DNA of 64,000 nt from a virus (lineage: Duplodnaviria > Caudoviricetes). Below are positions 18,425 to 28,181 of this stretch, in pieces (the stretch's first letter is position 1; the number at the start of each line of letters is the position of its first letter). The notes below the pieces were generated by a model. That model was not told where the DNA came from. It made no database searches and was given only the letters and a program-made list of their open reading frames with translations. The stretch spans positions 1 through 64,000 of IMG/VR virus record IMGVR_UViG_3300028624_000004; one strand, written 5' to 3'. The position numbers and the translations under genes are program-made.

Positions 18425-20230
18425 ATGAAGATACTTTTTAAGCGTGTTAAGATAAAAAATTTCCTCAGTTTCGGGAATAATGAAACTGTTTTTGATTACC
18501 AAAAGGGAATCAATATTGTAACAGGAATTATTGACGGTTCTGTTACAAAGAACGGCGCTGGAAAATCAACTCTCATTGTAGATTCTATATCTTTTGCTAT
18601 ATATGGTAAGCCTCTACGCGGAGACTCGCATATCAACAAAGAAGAACTTATCAATAAATCAAATGGCAAGAATTGTCTTGTGGAAGTTGAGTTTAATGTT
18701 GATAACGAGGAATTTATTGTAACTCGCGGAATAAAACCAAATATATTTACTATATTACATAACGGAAATGAAGTTAAACTAGATTCTATAAAAAATACTC
18801 AAGAATGGCTTATTTCTAAATTAGGCGTAAGCCACACTTGCTTCTCTAATATAGTCGTACTTAATGTTAACTCATCTATTCCGTTTCTTGGCATGGATGC
18901 TATATCTAAAAGAAAAGTAATTGAAGATATTGTTTCGTTAAATATATACGGAAGAATGGCAGATACTCTTAAGCAGCAATATCTTGACGCCAAGGCAGAT
19001 ATTACTGTAATTGACAACGAGATTATATCAAAATGTAAGGCGCTTCAGGTTGCACAAGAAGGAAGAGAACGTATTCTTGCACAGCAAGAATCTTTCGATA
19101 AAGAAAAAGCCCTACATATAGAAGCTATATCTGAAAAAATTAAACATATAAGAGAGTCTATTGAATCAACCAAATTAAAGATAGCTGATATAGATTATCA
19201 ATCTTTACTTGATTCTAATTCAATGTCAATAAAGGACGTTCAATCTAAGCTGGGACTTTTGTCTAATAAGAGAGTCGAGGTTAATAAGAATATAAGAGAC
19301 GCTTCTGTTAACCTTGAAAATCTTGAACATAGTACTTCATGTCCAACTTGCAAAACCGTATTAGCAGAATCACCAATGGCTCAGAAATTCATTAATGAGT
19401 GTAAAGAAACTATAGAAGCTTCTAATATTTTATTAAAAAATATTAACAGTAAAATTTCTATTGGCAAGTCCAAGATAGAAGAGTTAGAAGAATCTGCTCG
19501 TAAAATACGACGTGATATGTCAACACAATCTGAATTAAAATCAGATCTAAATAATCTTTATGTTAACTTGAAGATGCGTGAAGAAGAATTAGAGAGAGAA
19601 AATAATAGAGTCCTTGACTTATCAAATACAATATCAGAAGAAAAAATAAAAGAGTATAAGGATTCATTGGCGTTATCAGAACAAAACCTAAAGGAAACAA
19701 ATAAGAAGTTTGCTTACTCTAAGCTTCTACGCAATATACTGGGCGAAGACGGCATACGAAAATTCGTTCTTAATAATATAATTCCTCACTTTAATAATAA
19801 GATTAACCATTACCTTAAAGTTATGGGAAGCGACTACAGCTTGATATTTGATACTAACCTAACTGAAAGTATCATATCAAGAAATAGAGATATTAGGACA
19901 TATGGAAACTTCTCATCTGGGGAAAAGAAGAGAATAGACTTGTCTATACTTCTTGCTTTGATGGATGTTGCTAAAATGCAAAATTCAGTTGACACAAACT
20001 TATTTGTACTTGATGAAGTGTTGGACACATCAATGGATAATGATGGCGTTGAATGTTTCTTAGAGTATCTTCGAAATGATTTCAAGAAGATGTATCCTGA
20101 TAAGTGTGTTTATATAATTACACACAGAAATGATGTTTCTGGTGACACTTTTGATAGAATGATATATCTAAGAAAAGTTAAATCGTTTACGACTATTGAT
20201 AAAATAGTCGAATTCCACACTGAAGATTAA
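18425..20230 (+). CDS. 46: Recombination ATPase gp46 (Rad50/SbcC-like)
   Basis: KNFLSFG, NGAGKST, CPTC hook, FSSGEK, LDEVLD, ITH. Confidence 0.95.
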   Translation: MKILFKRVKIKNFLSFGNNETVFDYQKGINIVTGIIDGSVTKNGAGKSTLIVDSISFAIYGKPLRGDSHINKEELINKSNGKNCLVEVEFNVDNEEFIVTRGIKPNIFTILHNGNEVKLDSIKNTQEWLISKLGVSHTCFSNIVVLNVNSSIPFLGMDAISKRKVIEDIVSLNIYGRMADTLKQQYLDAKADITVIDNEIISKCKALQVAQEGRERILAQQESFDKEKALHIEAISEKIKHIRESIESTKLKIADIDYQSLLDSNSMSIKDVQSKLGLLSNKRVEVNKNIRDASVNLENLEHSTSCPTCKTVLAESPMAQKFINECKETIEASNILLKNINSKISIGKSKIEELEESARKIRRDMSTQSELKSDLNNLYVNLKMREEELERENNRVLDLSNTISEEKIKEYKDSLALSEQNLKETNKKFAYSKLLRNILGEDGIRKFVLNNIIPHFNNKINHYLKVMGSDYSLIFDTNLTESIISRNRDIRTYGNFSSGEKKRIDLSILLALMDVAKMQNSVDTNLFVLDEVLDTSMDNDGVECFLEYLRNDFKKMYPDKCVYIITHRNDVSGDTFDRMIYLRKVKSFTTIDKIVEFHTED

Positions 20231-20859
20231 GCTTTTACATTAAAGTCAATAACTTTAGGTATCTTATCTGCGTCTATGTAGCACATAAGTTTCTCACGGT
20301 TTCCCTCTGGGTCGTTTGTAACAACAACTACAACACTATAGTTTCTATCTTTAGATCTATCTCTTGGATTTGTTCCATCAGATATTCTTCTTATACCTGG
20401 GTTAAACTTCATAGCATCATAAAATTGCTTAATAAATGGTTCCATCATTTTCTTCATGACGGCTCTATCTATAAGAACTATTCTGTTATTCAAAAACTTT
20501 ATAGCTAAGTAATCTGCTTTACTTAGTAAATCTCTACCAGGGGTTTTGTCTCTGTAGTTAATGTAATATTCAAAAATAATATCTTTATTACTATTTGGAT
20601 CAAGTCTTGACTTTATAGTTATAGACTTCTTGCTATCGTCATTTTCAACTATCCATCCATCTATTTTTAGATTATGATCTTCATCATAGGTAGGCGCTAT
20701 AACATCCTTTATCTTACCGGGATATTTCTTGTTGAGAGCAGCTTTAAGCCACTTACGGACAAATACTTCATCAGCATTTCCTTGACCTCTTGTGTCAATA
20801 TAACCAGCTTCAGTTATTTGGTTATATGTATTCTTCAAACTTTCAAGTATTTTATCCAT
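20227..20859 (-). CDS. Hypothetical protein with possible PD-(D/E)XK nuclease fold
   Basis: G...E, KIDGWI, ITIKSR, IIFEY, PG...KADYL spacing; late promoter at 20896-20903 (-). Confidence 0.5.
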   Translation of the reverse strand: MDKILESLKNTYNQITEAGYIDTRGQGNADEVFVRKWLKAALNKKYPGKIKDVIAPTYDEDHNLKIDGWIVENDDSKKSITIKSRLDPNSNKDIIFEYYINYRDKTPGRDLLSKADYLAIKFLNNRIVLIDRAVMKKMMEPFIKQFYDAMKFNPGIRRISDGTNPRDRSKDRNYSVVVVVTNDPEGNREKLMCYIDADKIPKVIDFNVKA

Positions 20860-20960
20860 GCTAAGTTACTCCTAAGTTACTTATAGTTACTAACTTATTT
20901 ATAGTAATATTTTTATATAACTATTTTATAATAACTTACATACTTAAAGTAACTTATCTT
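20860..20960. repeat. AT-rich segment with iterated TAAGTTACT/TAGTTACT and inverted AGTAACTTA
   Basis: ctaagttact-cctaagttact-tatagttact in tandem, with an inverted copy near 20948-20956. Confidence 0.6.
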
Positions 20961-20974
20961 CCTGTAGAAATATT

Positions 20975-21222
20975 ACATATGTAGACAATAATCCAACCAC
21001 ATTCATCATGAGGTTTTCATTTATATGTGTCATACTCCATCTATAGTATGGAGAACCCATTCACGGCTGGGTGACTTATATTTACCGCCAAGATTTTGTT
21101 TTTATCTTGACTAAGCTTTCACTTAGTCAGTAAGTATATGGTGTCAAATCTTAACAACCTACCATACACTCACTCCTGCTGTCCTTTTTTAACGAGTGAG
21201 GACTAACTTAGGAAACTCGTAA
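20975..21222 (-). ncRNA. Putative structured non-coding RNA (multi-hairpin)
   Basis: At least six stems in an ORF-free gap; mismatches read as G-U pairs on the minus strand; extended -10 TGATAAAAT immediately upstream (about 21227-21235). Confidence 0.55.
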
Positions 21223-21249
21223 ATACATTTTATCATGTAATTCTCATAT

Positions 21250-22692
21250 TCAAGGAACTCTTATTATTTCCGGTAATTTATTGTTGCTATTTTTTCTATT
21301 AATAACTATAAAAATAACGGGAATAAAAAGATTTTCACGACTTAGAAACATGGCAGTAGTAGTCTTAAAATATGGGAATGTTTTTGACCATTTTTTAAAT
21401 AATTTTATACCACTTTCAACAAATGCGTCTGCGTGACCGCCTGATAAATTGCCCTGACCATCTGAAAGGTGATGACAATCAGCATCTATAGCGAAATTTT
21501 TATACCCCATAGATAATGCCTGTAAGCATATGTCTGCGCCGTACCAATGGTAGTGATCAAATGTTTCTTGATCAAATCTAAAAGGAGAGTCTTTTCTCAT
21601 TATCAGCGATAACTCATCAATAGTTTGAACTTCTCTGTAGTTTCCATAAACTTCACGGTATATAGCTGCATAAGACTTTTTTGAGTTTTTCGTTAAATCC
21701 GACAGATAGAGAGCATTTCCGTCTTTATCAGGCGTAAACTCACTACTATACTTATAAGCCCCAGCCATTCCTAATATACCCCATCTTATTCTATTCTTAG
21801 CAAAATTTGTTACATGATTCAGAATACCTTCTACCCATGCTCCATTTACTCTTAAATCTTGATGACAGAGATTAACTATAACACCATCGGCTAAATCTAA
21901 TGCTATATTAAGTGGCTCAGCACATCCCGTAAACTCGTTGTTGAAATTGGGAACTGCTATTATTTCAAATTTATAATCTGTTCTCTGTGATAGAAGATCA
22001 GAAAGAAAATCCTTATACTGTAATTCATTATTAACTAAAGTGGCTATTGTAAAATGAACGTCTTTTTTAACTCTAAAATTTAATATATCTTTCTTCAGAG
22101 ATTCTTTATTTAAATCACTAATAACAAATGGACAAGGAAGCGATATTTTATTATTAAACGAATACCTAGCTATAAAGGTTATAAAATCATAATCAAATAA
22201 AACATTATCGCTTATACTCAAAAGCAGATGTGTTTCTTTAGTTTTATAATTAGGATCGTCCACAAATATTACATTTGTATATTTTGTAGTAGTTAATATC
22301 TTATTCTTATATTCTTCTTTGTTAGATCCGTTAATGGCAATATATATTGGTGGTTTTTTACCCCTTGGGTATCTTGTAACGTAATTTATAGACTCTGTAA
22401 TGTTTGTTATATTCGAGTCTAAAATAGGTTTCTCTTGTAATCTCATGGCATATTCACTTGAATTTGAGTTTGCGTTTATAAAAGCCCGAAGCTTATGCAT
22501 CGGGTTAGCTTTTAAAAACTTCGGCATATGTTTTACATGTTTATCATAGTCTAGGTCGGTTACTTCTTTTAATGCTCTGTAATTTTTCAAATTATCTGGT
22601 CCCTCGACAATCGACCCTGCTGGAATTGAAATCCTTCTACCTTTCATTAAGATATTAATTTCCCTATCACTTATATTTCTAAATTTAGCCAT
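21250..22692 (-). CDS. Glycosyltransferase (GT-A/GT2-like C-terminal domain)
   Basis: NLCHQDL (DxD-like), GILGMAG, VQTIDEL, FDQETFDHYHWYGADICLQA...CHHLSDG. Confidence 0.82.
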   Translation of the reverse strand: MAKFRNISDREINILMKGRRISIPAGSIVEGPDNLKNYRALKEVTDLDYDKHVKHMPKFLKANPMHKLRAFINANSNSSEYAMRLQEKPILDSNITNITESINYVTRYPRGKKPPIYIAINGSNKEEYKNKILTTTKYTNVIFVDDPNYKTKETHLLLSISDNVLFDYDFITFIARYSFNNKISLPCPFVISDLNKESLKKDILNFRVKKDVHFTIATLVNNELQYKDFLSDLLSQRTDYKFEIIAVPNFNNEFTGCAEPLNIALDLADGVIVNLCHQDLRVNGAWVEGILNHVTNFAKNRIRWGILGMAGAYKYSSEFTPDKDGNALYLSDLTKNSKKSYAAIYREVYGNYREVQTIDELSLIMRKDSPFRFDQETFDHYHWYGADICLQALSMGYKNFAIDADCHHLSDGQGNLSGGHADAFVESGIKLFKKWSKTFPYFKTTTAMFLSRENLFIPVIFIVINRKNSNNKLPEIIRVP

Positions 22693-24160
22693 TGATATTA
22701 ATATCCTTCTTAGTTACCTTAAAGTTATTTGCCTCGTAATACTTTATTCGCTTTTTCGAGTGTTGTTGTGAGAACTTAAGATTTTCACAGAAATCATAGA
22801 GATTAAGTTTAGTTTTCGTGGAGTGTAATCTAAGACCTCTACCAACAGACTGGAGAGTTTGAATTTTACTCTTACCAGCCGAAGCAAATATAACAGTATG
22901 AAGTCTATTAATAGAAACACCAGTGGAGTAAACACCAACCGTAGCCACAATGACAGTTCCACCAGTTTTCTCTACGTCTCTTCTAATATCATTTCTATCG
23001 TTTATTTTCGTTTCACCAGTAACAACTTCAACATCAACGCTCATATCATCGAGAATTTTAAATAAAGTTTTTGAATGATCAATTTTCTTAACCAGTATTA
23101 ACACATTCATATTCTTCTTTACATATTCATTGGCTATTTTGCAAATTATTTTATTTCTCTTCTCGTCGCTTTCAATGTATTCCTTTTCCGCAGTAAAATC
23201 ATCGAATATCATTTTACTAGTAATTGATTCTGGGTAGTTGATATTAACAACCGTTATATCTATATCAGAAATCTGTTTAGCTTCTTGAAGTTCAGTATAT
23301 CCTACTTTATCAATGACTGGACCAAGAACACCCTCAACGAGCATGTAATCTGATTTAACATCTGGCATCGTCCCCGTGAATCCTAGACGAACATCTGCAT
23401 TTACCATCTTTTCAGCAACCGACCTGACTACATCGGCTTTAAGACCATGACACTCATCGACTATTAAAACAGAAAACTGCTTAAGAATTTCCTTTTGCTT
23501 ATGCATGGATTGCCATGTAGAAACAATAAACGGTTGTTCGGTGTCTTTTTGGTATCCGCAGAATTTACCAATAAGATTGGCATCTATACCATATGTTACA
23601 AGATTTTCAGCAAACTGTTCTATTAGATCAAGTTTGGGAACAAGAATAAGTATTTTGTTTTCCTTGTTTTTCTGGTAAAGATAGTTTACTGTCAAGCTTA
23701 TAGTAAGGGACTTTCCGCTAGAAGTAACATGCTCACAAATACCCCTACCAAAATATAAACTCTTCAAAGCCCCTCTAAACTGATGAACATACGGAACCAT
23801 TTTTGAATTAAGGGTATCTTCGGTTACTTTAAAAAAATCCCTCTTAAGATCATCTGTATTTTTTTCAATGTTATAATTTGGATCAACTTGAACGTCATAT
23901 ATATCATCATTTCTTACATATTTAAGAAGACGATGAAAAATACCATTATAAAAAGTCCCATCAAAGTTAATAAACCTTATTTTACCGTCCCATCTTCCAG
24001 ATTTATAAGCAGGCATAAACCAATAGTTCTCAACTGGAACTGAGAATTTTTTAATAGCAGCTTCCAATACACGAGGGTCATCACACAGTAGTTGACCGTG
24101 GACATGATCTAATTTAACAAAAGTAATCTTGGGCTTAGTTGACTCTGAATCCATCGTCAA
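22685..24160 (-). CDS. uvsW: SF2 helicase UvsW
   Basis: WDGKIR, TSSGKS, STWQS, DECH, GFTGT, STGVSI, QSVGRGLR. Confidence 0.95.
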   Translation of the reverse strand: MTMDSESTKPKITFVKLDHVHGQLLCDDPRVLEAAIKKFSVPVENYWFMPAYKSGRWDGKIRFINFDGTFYNGIFHRLLKYVRNDDIYDVQVDPNYNIEKNTDDLKRDFFKVTEDTLNSKMVPYVHQFRGALKSLYFGRGICEHVTSSGKSLTISLTVNYLYQKNKENKILILVPKLDLIEQFAENLVTYGIDANLIGKFCGYQKDTEQPFIVSTWQSMHKQKEILKQFSVLIVDECHGLKADVVRSVAEKMVNADVRLGFTGTMPDVKSDYMLVEGVLGPVIDKVGYTELQEAKQISDIDITVVNINYPESITSKMIFDDFTAEKEYIESDEKRNKIICKIANEYVKKNMNVLILVKKIDHSKTLFKILDDMSVDVEVVTGETKINDRNDIRRDVEKTGGTVIVATVGVYSTGVSINRLHTVIFASAGKSKIQTLQSVGRGLRLHSTKTKLNLYDFCENLKFSQQHSKKRIKYYEANNFKVTKKDINING

Positions 24161-24168
24161 CTATTATA

Positions 24169-24681
24169 TCATGTCCCTCGTTCTATTTTCCTATATTCTA
24201 ATATATAGCGTAATCCGTAACTTTTAGTCTTCACATTATCTACAGCACGTTCTAAGAACTCTAGGTATTCGGAATATGAATCAAGGAAACTTTTAGCCCT
24301 AGCGATTTTAGTACTACGAATAACCGCCCCGTCAAGTTCGGTATTTGTGCGGAACATCTTAGGGTTCATTTTAGCATTGTCAACCTCTTGAGCATAAAAT
24401 CTATCATATTTGTTTTTATATATGTTATAGACGTGCTTCTCCCTAGCCAATGCTTCGCTGTATCTTGATAAAGCAGAATGACACTTGATCATTTCTCTCT
24501 CTATATTTGATCCCTCACCATTATCGTATTCCATTACTCGTTTAACATCATCCCTCAATTTTGTAACCTTTTCATCGTGCTTAGCCTCTAGGCTTTTTAC
24601 TATTTCATCACATTCACCCTGCAATACCTGAAACTCACTATCTGTCATAAACCTGTTGTCTAGCTTATTCACATCGTTCAT
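24169..24681 (-). CDS. uvsY: Recombination mediator UvsY-like
   Basis: Helical protein ending EFLERAVDNVKTKSYGLRYILEYRK; adjacent to uvsW as in T4. Confidence 0.7.
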   Translation of the reverse strand: MNDVNKLDNRFMTDSEFQVLQGECDEIVKSLEAKHDEKVTKLRDDVKRVMEYDNGEGSNIEREMIKCHSALSRYSEALAREKHVYNIYKNKYDRFYAQEVDNAKMNPKMFRTNTELDGAVIRSTKIARAKSFLDSYSEYLEFLERAVDNVKTKSYGLRYILEYRKIERGT

Positions 24682-24776
24682 AATATCTCCTGATAGATTT
24701 ATATTATATTACTTTTGGTCTGGTTATATAATATATTATAAATAACTTTGTAATAAAAGATATAATAAACTCTATT

Positions 24777-25130
24777 ATGACAAATACATTAGATGAAACT
24801 ATAGAATTAATAGAAAAGATAGAAATGCCCGTTGTAACCAATGAGGTAGTGGAAGAGGTAATATCTACCTTAATAAGTCATGACAAGGACATGGAGCCTC
24901 TGCTTGATATTATATTAAAACTCATAAAAGACACTCCAGATGGAAAAGACAAAACATATTTTATGACTAAGTTGCTTAAGTTTTATGGAATAAACAATAC
25001 GGATATCTTAGCTACCAGACAGAAATTTGTCATAGAGTCTGGAATGCTCGTAAAAATCCCATTTCTTAAAAAGAATCAAAAAGAATGTCTGATGATTCTT
25101 TTAGACCAATTAAATGTAAAGGTGGTATAG
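24777..25130 (+). CDS. Hypothetical protein (late)
   Basis: Clean ORF after TATAAATA at 24737-24744. Confidence 0.6.
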   Translation: MTNTLDETIELIEKIEMPVVTNEVVEEVISTLISHDKDMEPLLDIILKLIKDTPDGKDKTYFMTKLLKFYGINNTDILATRQKFVIESGMLVKIPFLKKNQKECLMILLDQLNVKVV

Positions 25131-25131
25131 A

Positions 25132-26028
25132 ATGAGTTTCAAGAAATTCGTTGTAGAAAATACAGTCACCCCCCAATCTCCCCCATCAGAAGGCGTTCCA
25201 GCAACGCCACAGGGTCAAAGATGGGACGTGGTATTGTTTGCGGGTGATTACAACCCAATAACGCGAGAAGAGTATTCCAGAGTCCGTCAATTCGTCAACG
25301 GATTCCTAAAGAAACCAGAAAACGCTCCTAAGTTCAACAAAAAAGTCGATATTGGTCTTCTCATAGACTATGAAGAGAAGAAAGATAACATTCTTTCCAA
25401 TAAAGAGAACTATATTTTATCACTAGAAGAGAGAAACTTCATATCAACATCTATGTTTGGACTAAAGATATATCCAGTAAAGTTTGATGAGATGGTATAT
25501 CTATTGAAGTCATCTAAAGAAGACTTCGAAGCTAAACAAGAGCTTGTTAATAAAGTCAACGAAATGGTAGTTAAATTAAAGGAAGACTTCTATTCATCTA
25601 ATGTTTTGATAGTTTTACGACCTGAACACGCTAAGGATCTAGGCGACCTTAAGGAAATAGTCGCCTTAGCCCGTGGTGGAATAAACATAGGATTTGTTGT
25701 TTTTGAACACGAACCTCTTGAACAAAGTGATATATTCAGTAGCACTATACCAATGACAGGCGATATTATCAAGGCTATATGTATACTTGACAGGGATAGA
25801 CCAAACCCAGAATATCTCAAGGCATTTGCTCACAAATACAAGCTTAGTCATGTTTTTGATGCTATAAAGCGCATTCACTTTAAGGTCGATAACGAGAAGT
25901 ATATACTTGCTTTCCGTCTAGTTTTCCCTGATATATCAATATTCAGTGCAGACGATTCGGCAGCGGAATCTAATAGCCGCGTGATGCTTGAGTTAATAAA
26001 AAATATGTATTTGAAGAATGATGAGTAA
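25132..26028 (+). CDS. Degenerate nucleotidyltransferase (cytidylyltransferase)-like protein
   Basis: VVLFAGDYNPITREE resembles F-G-x-F-N-P-x-T-x-G-H, and ILSLEER is present, but the GH is absent. Confidence 0.45.
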   Translation: MSFKKFVVENTVTPQSPPSEGVPATPQGQRWDVVLFAGDYNPITREEYSRVRQFVNGFLKKPENAPKFNKKVDIGLLIDYEEKKDNILSNKENYILSLEERNFISTSMFGLKIYPVKFDEMVYLLKSSKEDFEAKQELVNKVNEMVVKLKEDFYSSNVLIVLRPEHAKDLGDLKEIVALARGGINIGFVVFEHEPLEQSDIFSSTIPMTGDIIKAICILDRDRPNPEYLKAFAHKYKLSHVFDAIKRIHFKVDNEKYILAFRLVFPDISIFSADDSAAESNSRVMLELIKNMYLKNDE

Positions 26029-26065
26029 AATCATATAAATATATCTAAGATAATAGGAGTATCAT

Positions 26066-28156
26066 ATGTCATCTAATTGCCCTTATTGCGGATCTAAGAA
26101 GGTTTCGAAGACTTTCAACTTCAACGAGTTCGCATGTGAAATGTGCGAAAGCGACTTCAAACTAACCGAAAGCGGCATACGCATATTCCGTGAAGGGTCT
26201 TGGAGTTCCCTCTGCCTGAAGTCTCTTCAGGAGATGGCAAACCGCGTCAGTGGGGCTGCGGTAACAGATATTTTGTCAAGAACCCTCAAGGCAGCAGCTA
26301 AGAAGTCACCCAATGACATTGATGTGGTCATTGAGAGTCTTACCAGTATAGCAGCCACACTCCACTCTGAGTGGAAGATGGGATTACGTCAGGTAAACGA
26401 CTTTACTGTTGTTATGGAAGGAATCCAGGCATTTGAAAAGGCTGCATTATCACTCAAGAAGCGTGAAAAGGAGTTAAATCTTAATATTCGCATTGATGAG
26501 TCGTGGGGCGTTGAGGAAGATGCTATTGATCAGGTAAATGTCGATCCAGTTGATATTGGCGAAGATCCCGCAAGTACAATTACTCCACCACCCGGAGTGC
26601 CAATAGACGGAGAAATAGGTGGAGAGATAGAAGAAGCTGATGTTCCAGCCCCAGAAGATGGCGCAGAAACTCCCGATGCCGAAACGGATGATCTTGATGC
26701 CATGCTCAACGAGCCAGCCGCAGAAGAACCCGCTGCTGAAGAGCCAGTAGCCGAAGACCCTGCTACTGAATTACCTGAAGCACCCGTAGCCGATGCTGGT
26801 CCTTCACAAGACAAGATCAACGATCTTATAGTCAAGGCAAGTGAACTCACTGCTGCTCTGGCTACACTCAAGACAGAAGAGCCAGTTGAAGCTCCTGAAG
26901 TTGAAGTATCTCCAGAGGAACCTGCTGTTGAAGAACCAGCAGTTGAAGAACCAGCAGTTGAAGAACCTGTTGCAGAAGAACCTGCTGAAGAGTCAGAACC
27001 AGAAGGCGAAGCTGCTCCAGAAGGTGAGTCAGCCCCAGCAGAAGATTCCGACTCTGAAATAGATGACATACTTAATAACTCTTACAGCCGCATGGGCAAG
27101 CATATCTATGCCGATATTCTTGACGAGGCTGCCAAGAAGAAAAAGAACATGAACAAGCCAACAACTCGCGGCGAAAATACGAAGGCATCATACCGTCGTA
27201 AGATAGACAACCGCGAAGCTGATAAGAGTGACACTTTCCAGACCGACATGGACGCCGAAGAGAAGGAAGAAAAGATTCCTTTCACTGAAGCTCCAGCAGA
27301 AGAAATGGAGAAGACACAGAATAAGGGACTCGGAACCAGCAAAGGCAAGACCCCATCAAATAAGGATTTTGAAATGAAGAAAGAATCTCGTGAAGGATTC
27401 AATGGATACCGCGTAGGTGACGAAGTTATCCTTGAAAAGTCTAACGATACATGGAAGATAGCTGAGATTGATAGAAATATCTTCACTCTCGTTCGTGGTG
27501 CCACTGCTACTGTTATAGACACTTTCAAGGAAGATATTCGCCATGCCGACACTCGTTTGGAGTGGCAGAGGACCAATGAACTCGTCAAGGAATCAGCAAA
27601 TCGCTGGTCGCAGGTAGAGAAGAACTACACCACGACCAATGAAGCGTGTGTTGGTGGAGTATGTGGTCTTGGTGGTGGAAACCGTCTTGGTGGTGAGAAG
27701 GTTGGAATGGGCAATATGTTGCTCTCCCCAATAACTTCAATTCCAACACAGGGAAATATTCCTTCCTCAAAGGCACCAAAAACTCAGATATATAAGTTTA
27801 TCAAGGATAACGACCTTCATCGCTGCCAGCGTGAAGTAGCTATTCCTCGCTTGAGCGAAACTTTCACCAATCCTATTGAGGAAATGGAACAGATACTTGA
27901 TGACGCTGTTCTTTCGGAATCTGATGGTCAGACTGAGAGTATTGACGGTATCTACGAATACAAGGCAGCACCTATTGGCGAACATGCTCGTAAGGATGCT
28001 TTCTCGAAGGGATGGCAGCAAGTCAATGAGAGTGAAGAGAAGCCAGCCCCTAAGAAGGTTGTTCCTCTCGCTGGTGTTGGCTACTACAGAACCAAAGAGA
28101 ACGACATCATCGACACTCTTGGAAGGACTGCCGCTGAAAGACTCTTGGGAGAATAA
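26066..28156 (+). CDS. Large acidic late protein with N-terminal Zn ribbon and EEPA(V/A) repeats
   Basis: CPYC...CEMC; E/P/A low-complexity centre; late promoter at 26034-26041. Confidence 0.7.
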   Translation: MSSNCPYCGSKKVSKTFNFNEFACEMCESDFKLTESGIRIFREGSWSSLCLKSLQEMANRVSGAAVTDILSRTLKAAAKKSPNDIDVVIESLTSIAATLHSEWKMGLRQVNDFTVVMEGIQAFEKAALSLKKREKELNLNIRIDESWGVEEDAIDQVNVDPVDIGEDPASTITPPPGVPIDGEIGGEIEEADVPAPEDGAETPDAETDDLDAMLNEPAAEEPAAEEPVAEDPATELPEAPVADAGPSQDKINDLIVKASELTAALATLKTEEPVEAPEVEVSPEEPAVEEPAVEEPAVEEPVAEEPAEESEPEGEAAPEGESAPAEDSDSEIDDILNNSYSRMGKHIYADILDEAAKKKKNMNKPTTRGENTKASYRRKIDNREADKSDTFQTDMDAEEKEEKIPFTEAPAEEMEKTQNKGLGTSKGKTPSNKDFEMKKESREGFNGYRVGDEVILEKSNDTWKIAEIDRNIFTLVRGATATVIDTFKEDIRHADTRLEWQRTNELVKESANRWSQVEKNYTTTNEACVGGVCGLGGGNRLGGEKVGMGNMLLSPITSIPTQGNIPSSKAPKTQIYKFIKDNDLHRCQREVAIPRLSETFTNPIEEMEQILDDAVLSESDGQTESIDGIYEYKAAPIGEHARKDAFSKGWQQVNESEEKPAPKKVVPLAGVGYYRTKENDIIDTLGRTAAERLLGE

Positions 28157-28181
28157 TATCTCCTGATACAATAGGAGCTAT

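Noticed and set aside
20860-21249. tRNA or CRISPR array in the large intergenic gap
   Set aside because: No T-loop/anticodon cloverleaf and no regularly spaced identical repeats were found by eye.
26530-27588. Antisense Ser-rich ORFs opposite the acidic protein (also 45970-46791 and 60770-61429)
   Set aside because: They are mirror translations of GAA/GAT-rich coding strands and lack promoter or SD support.
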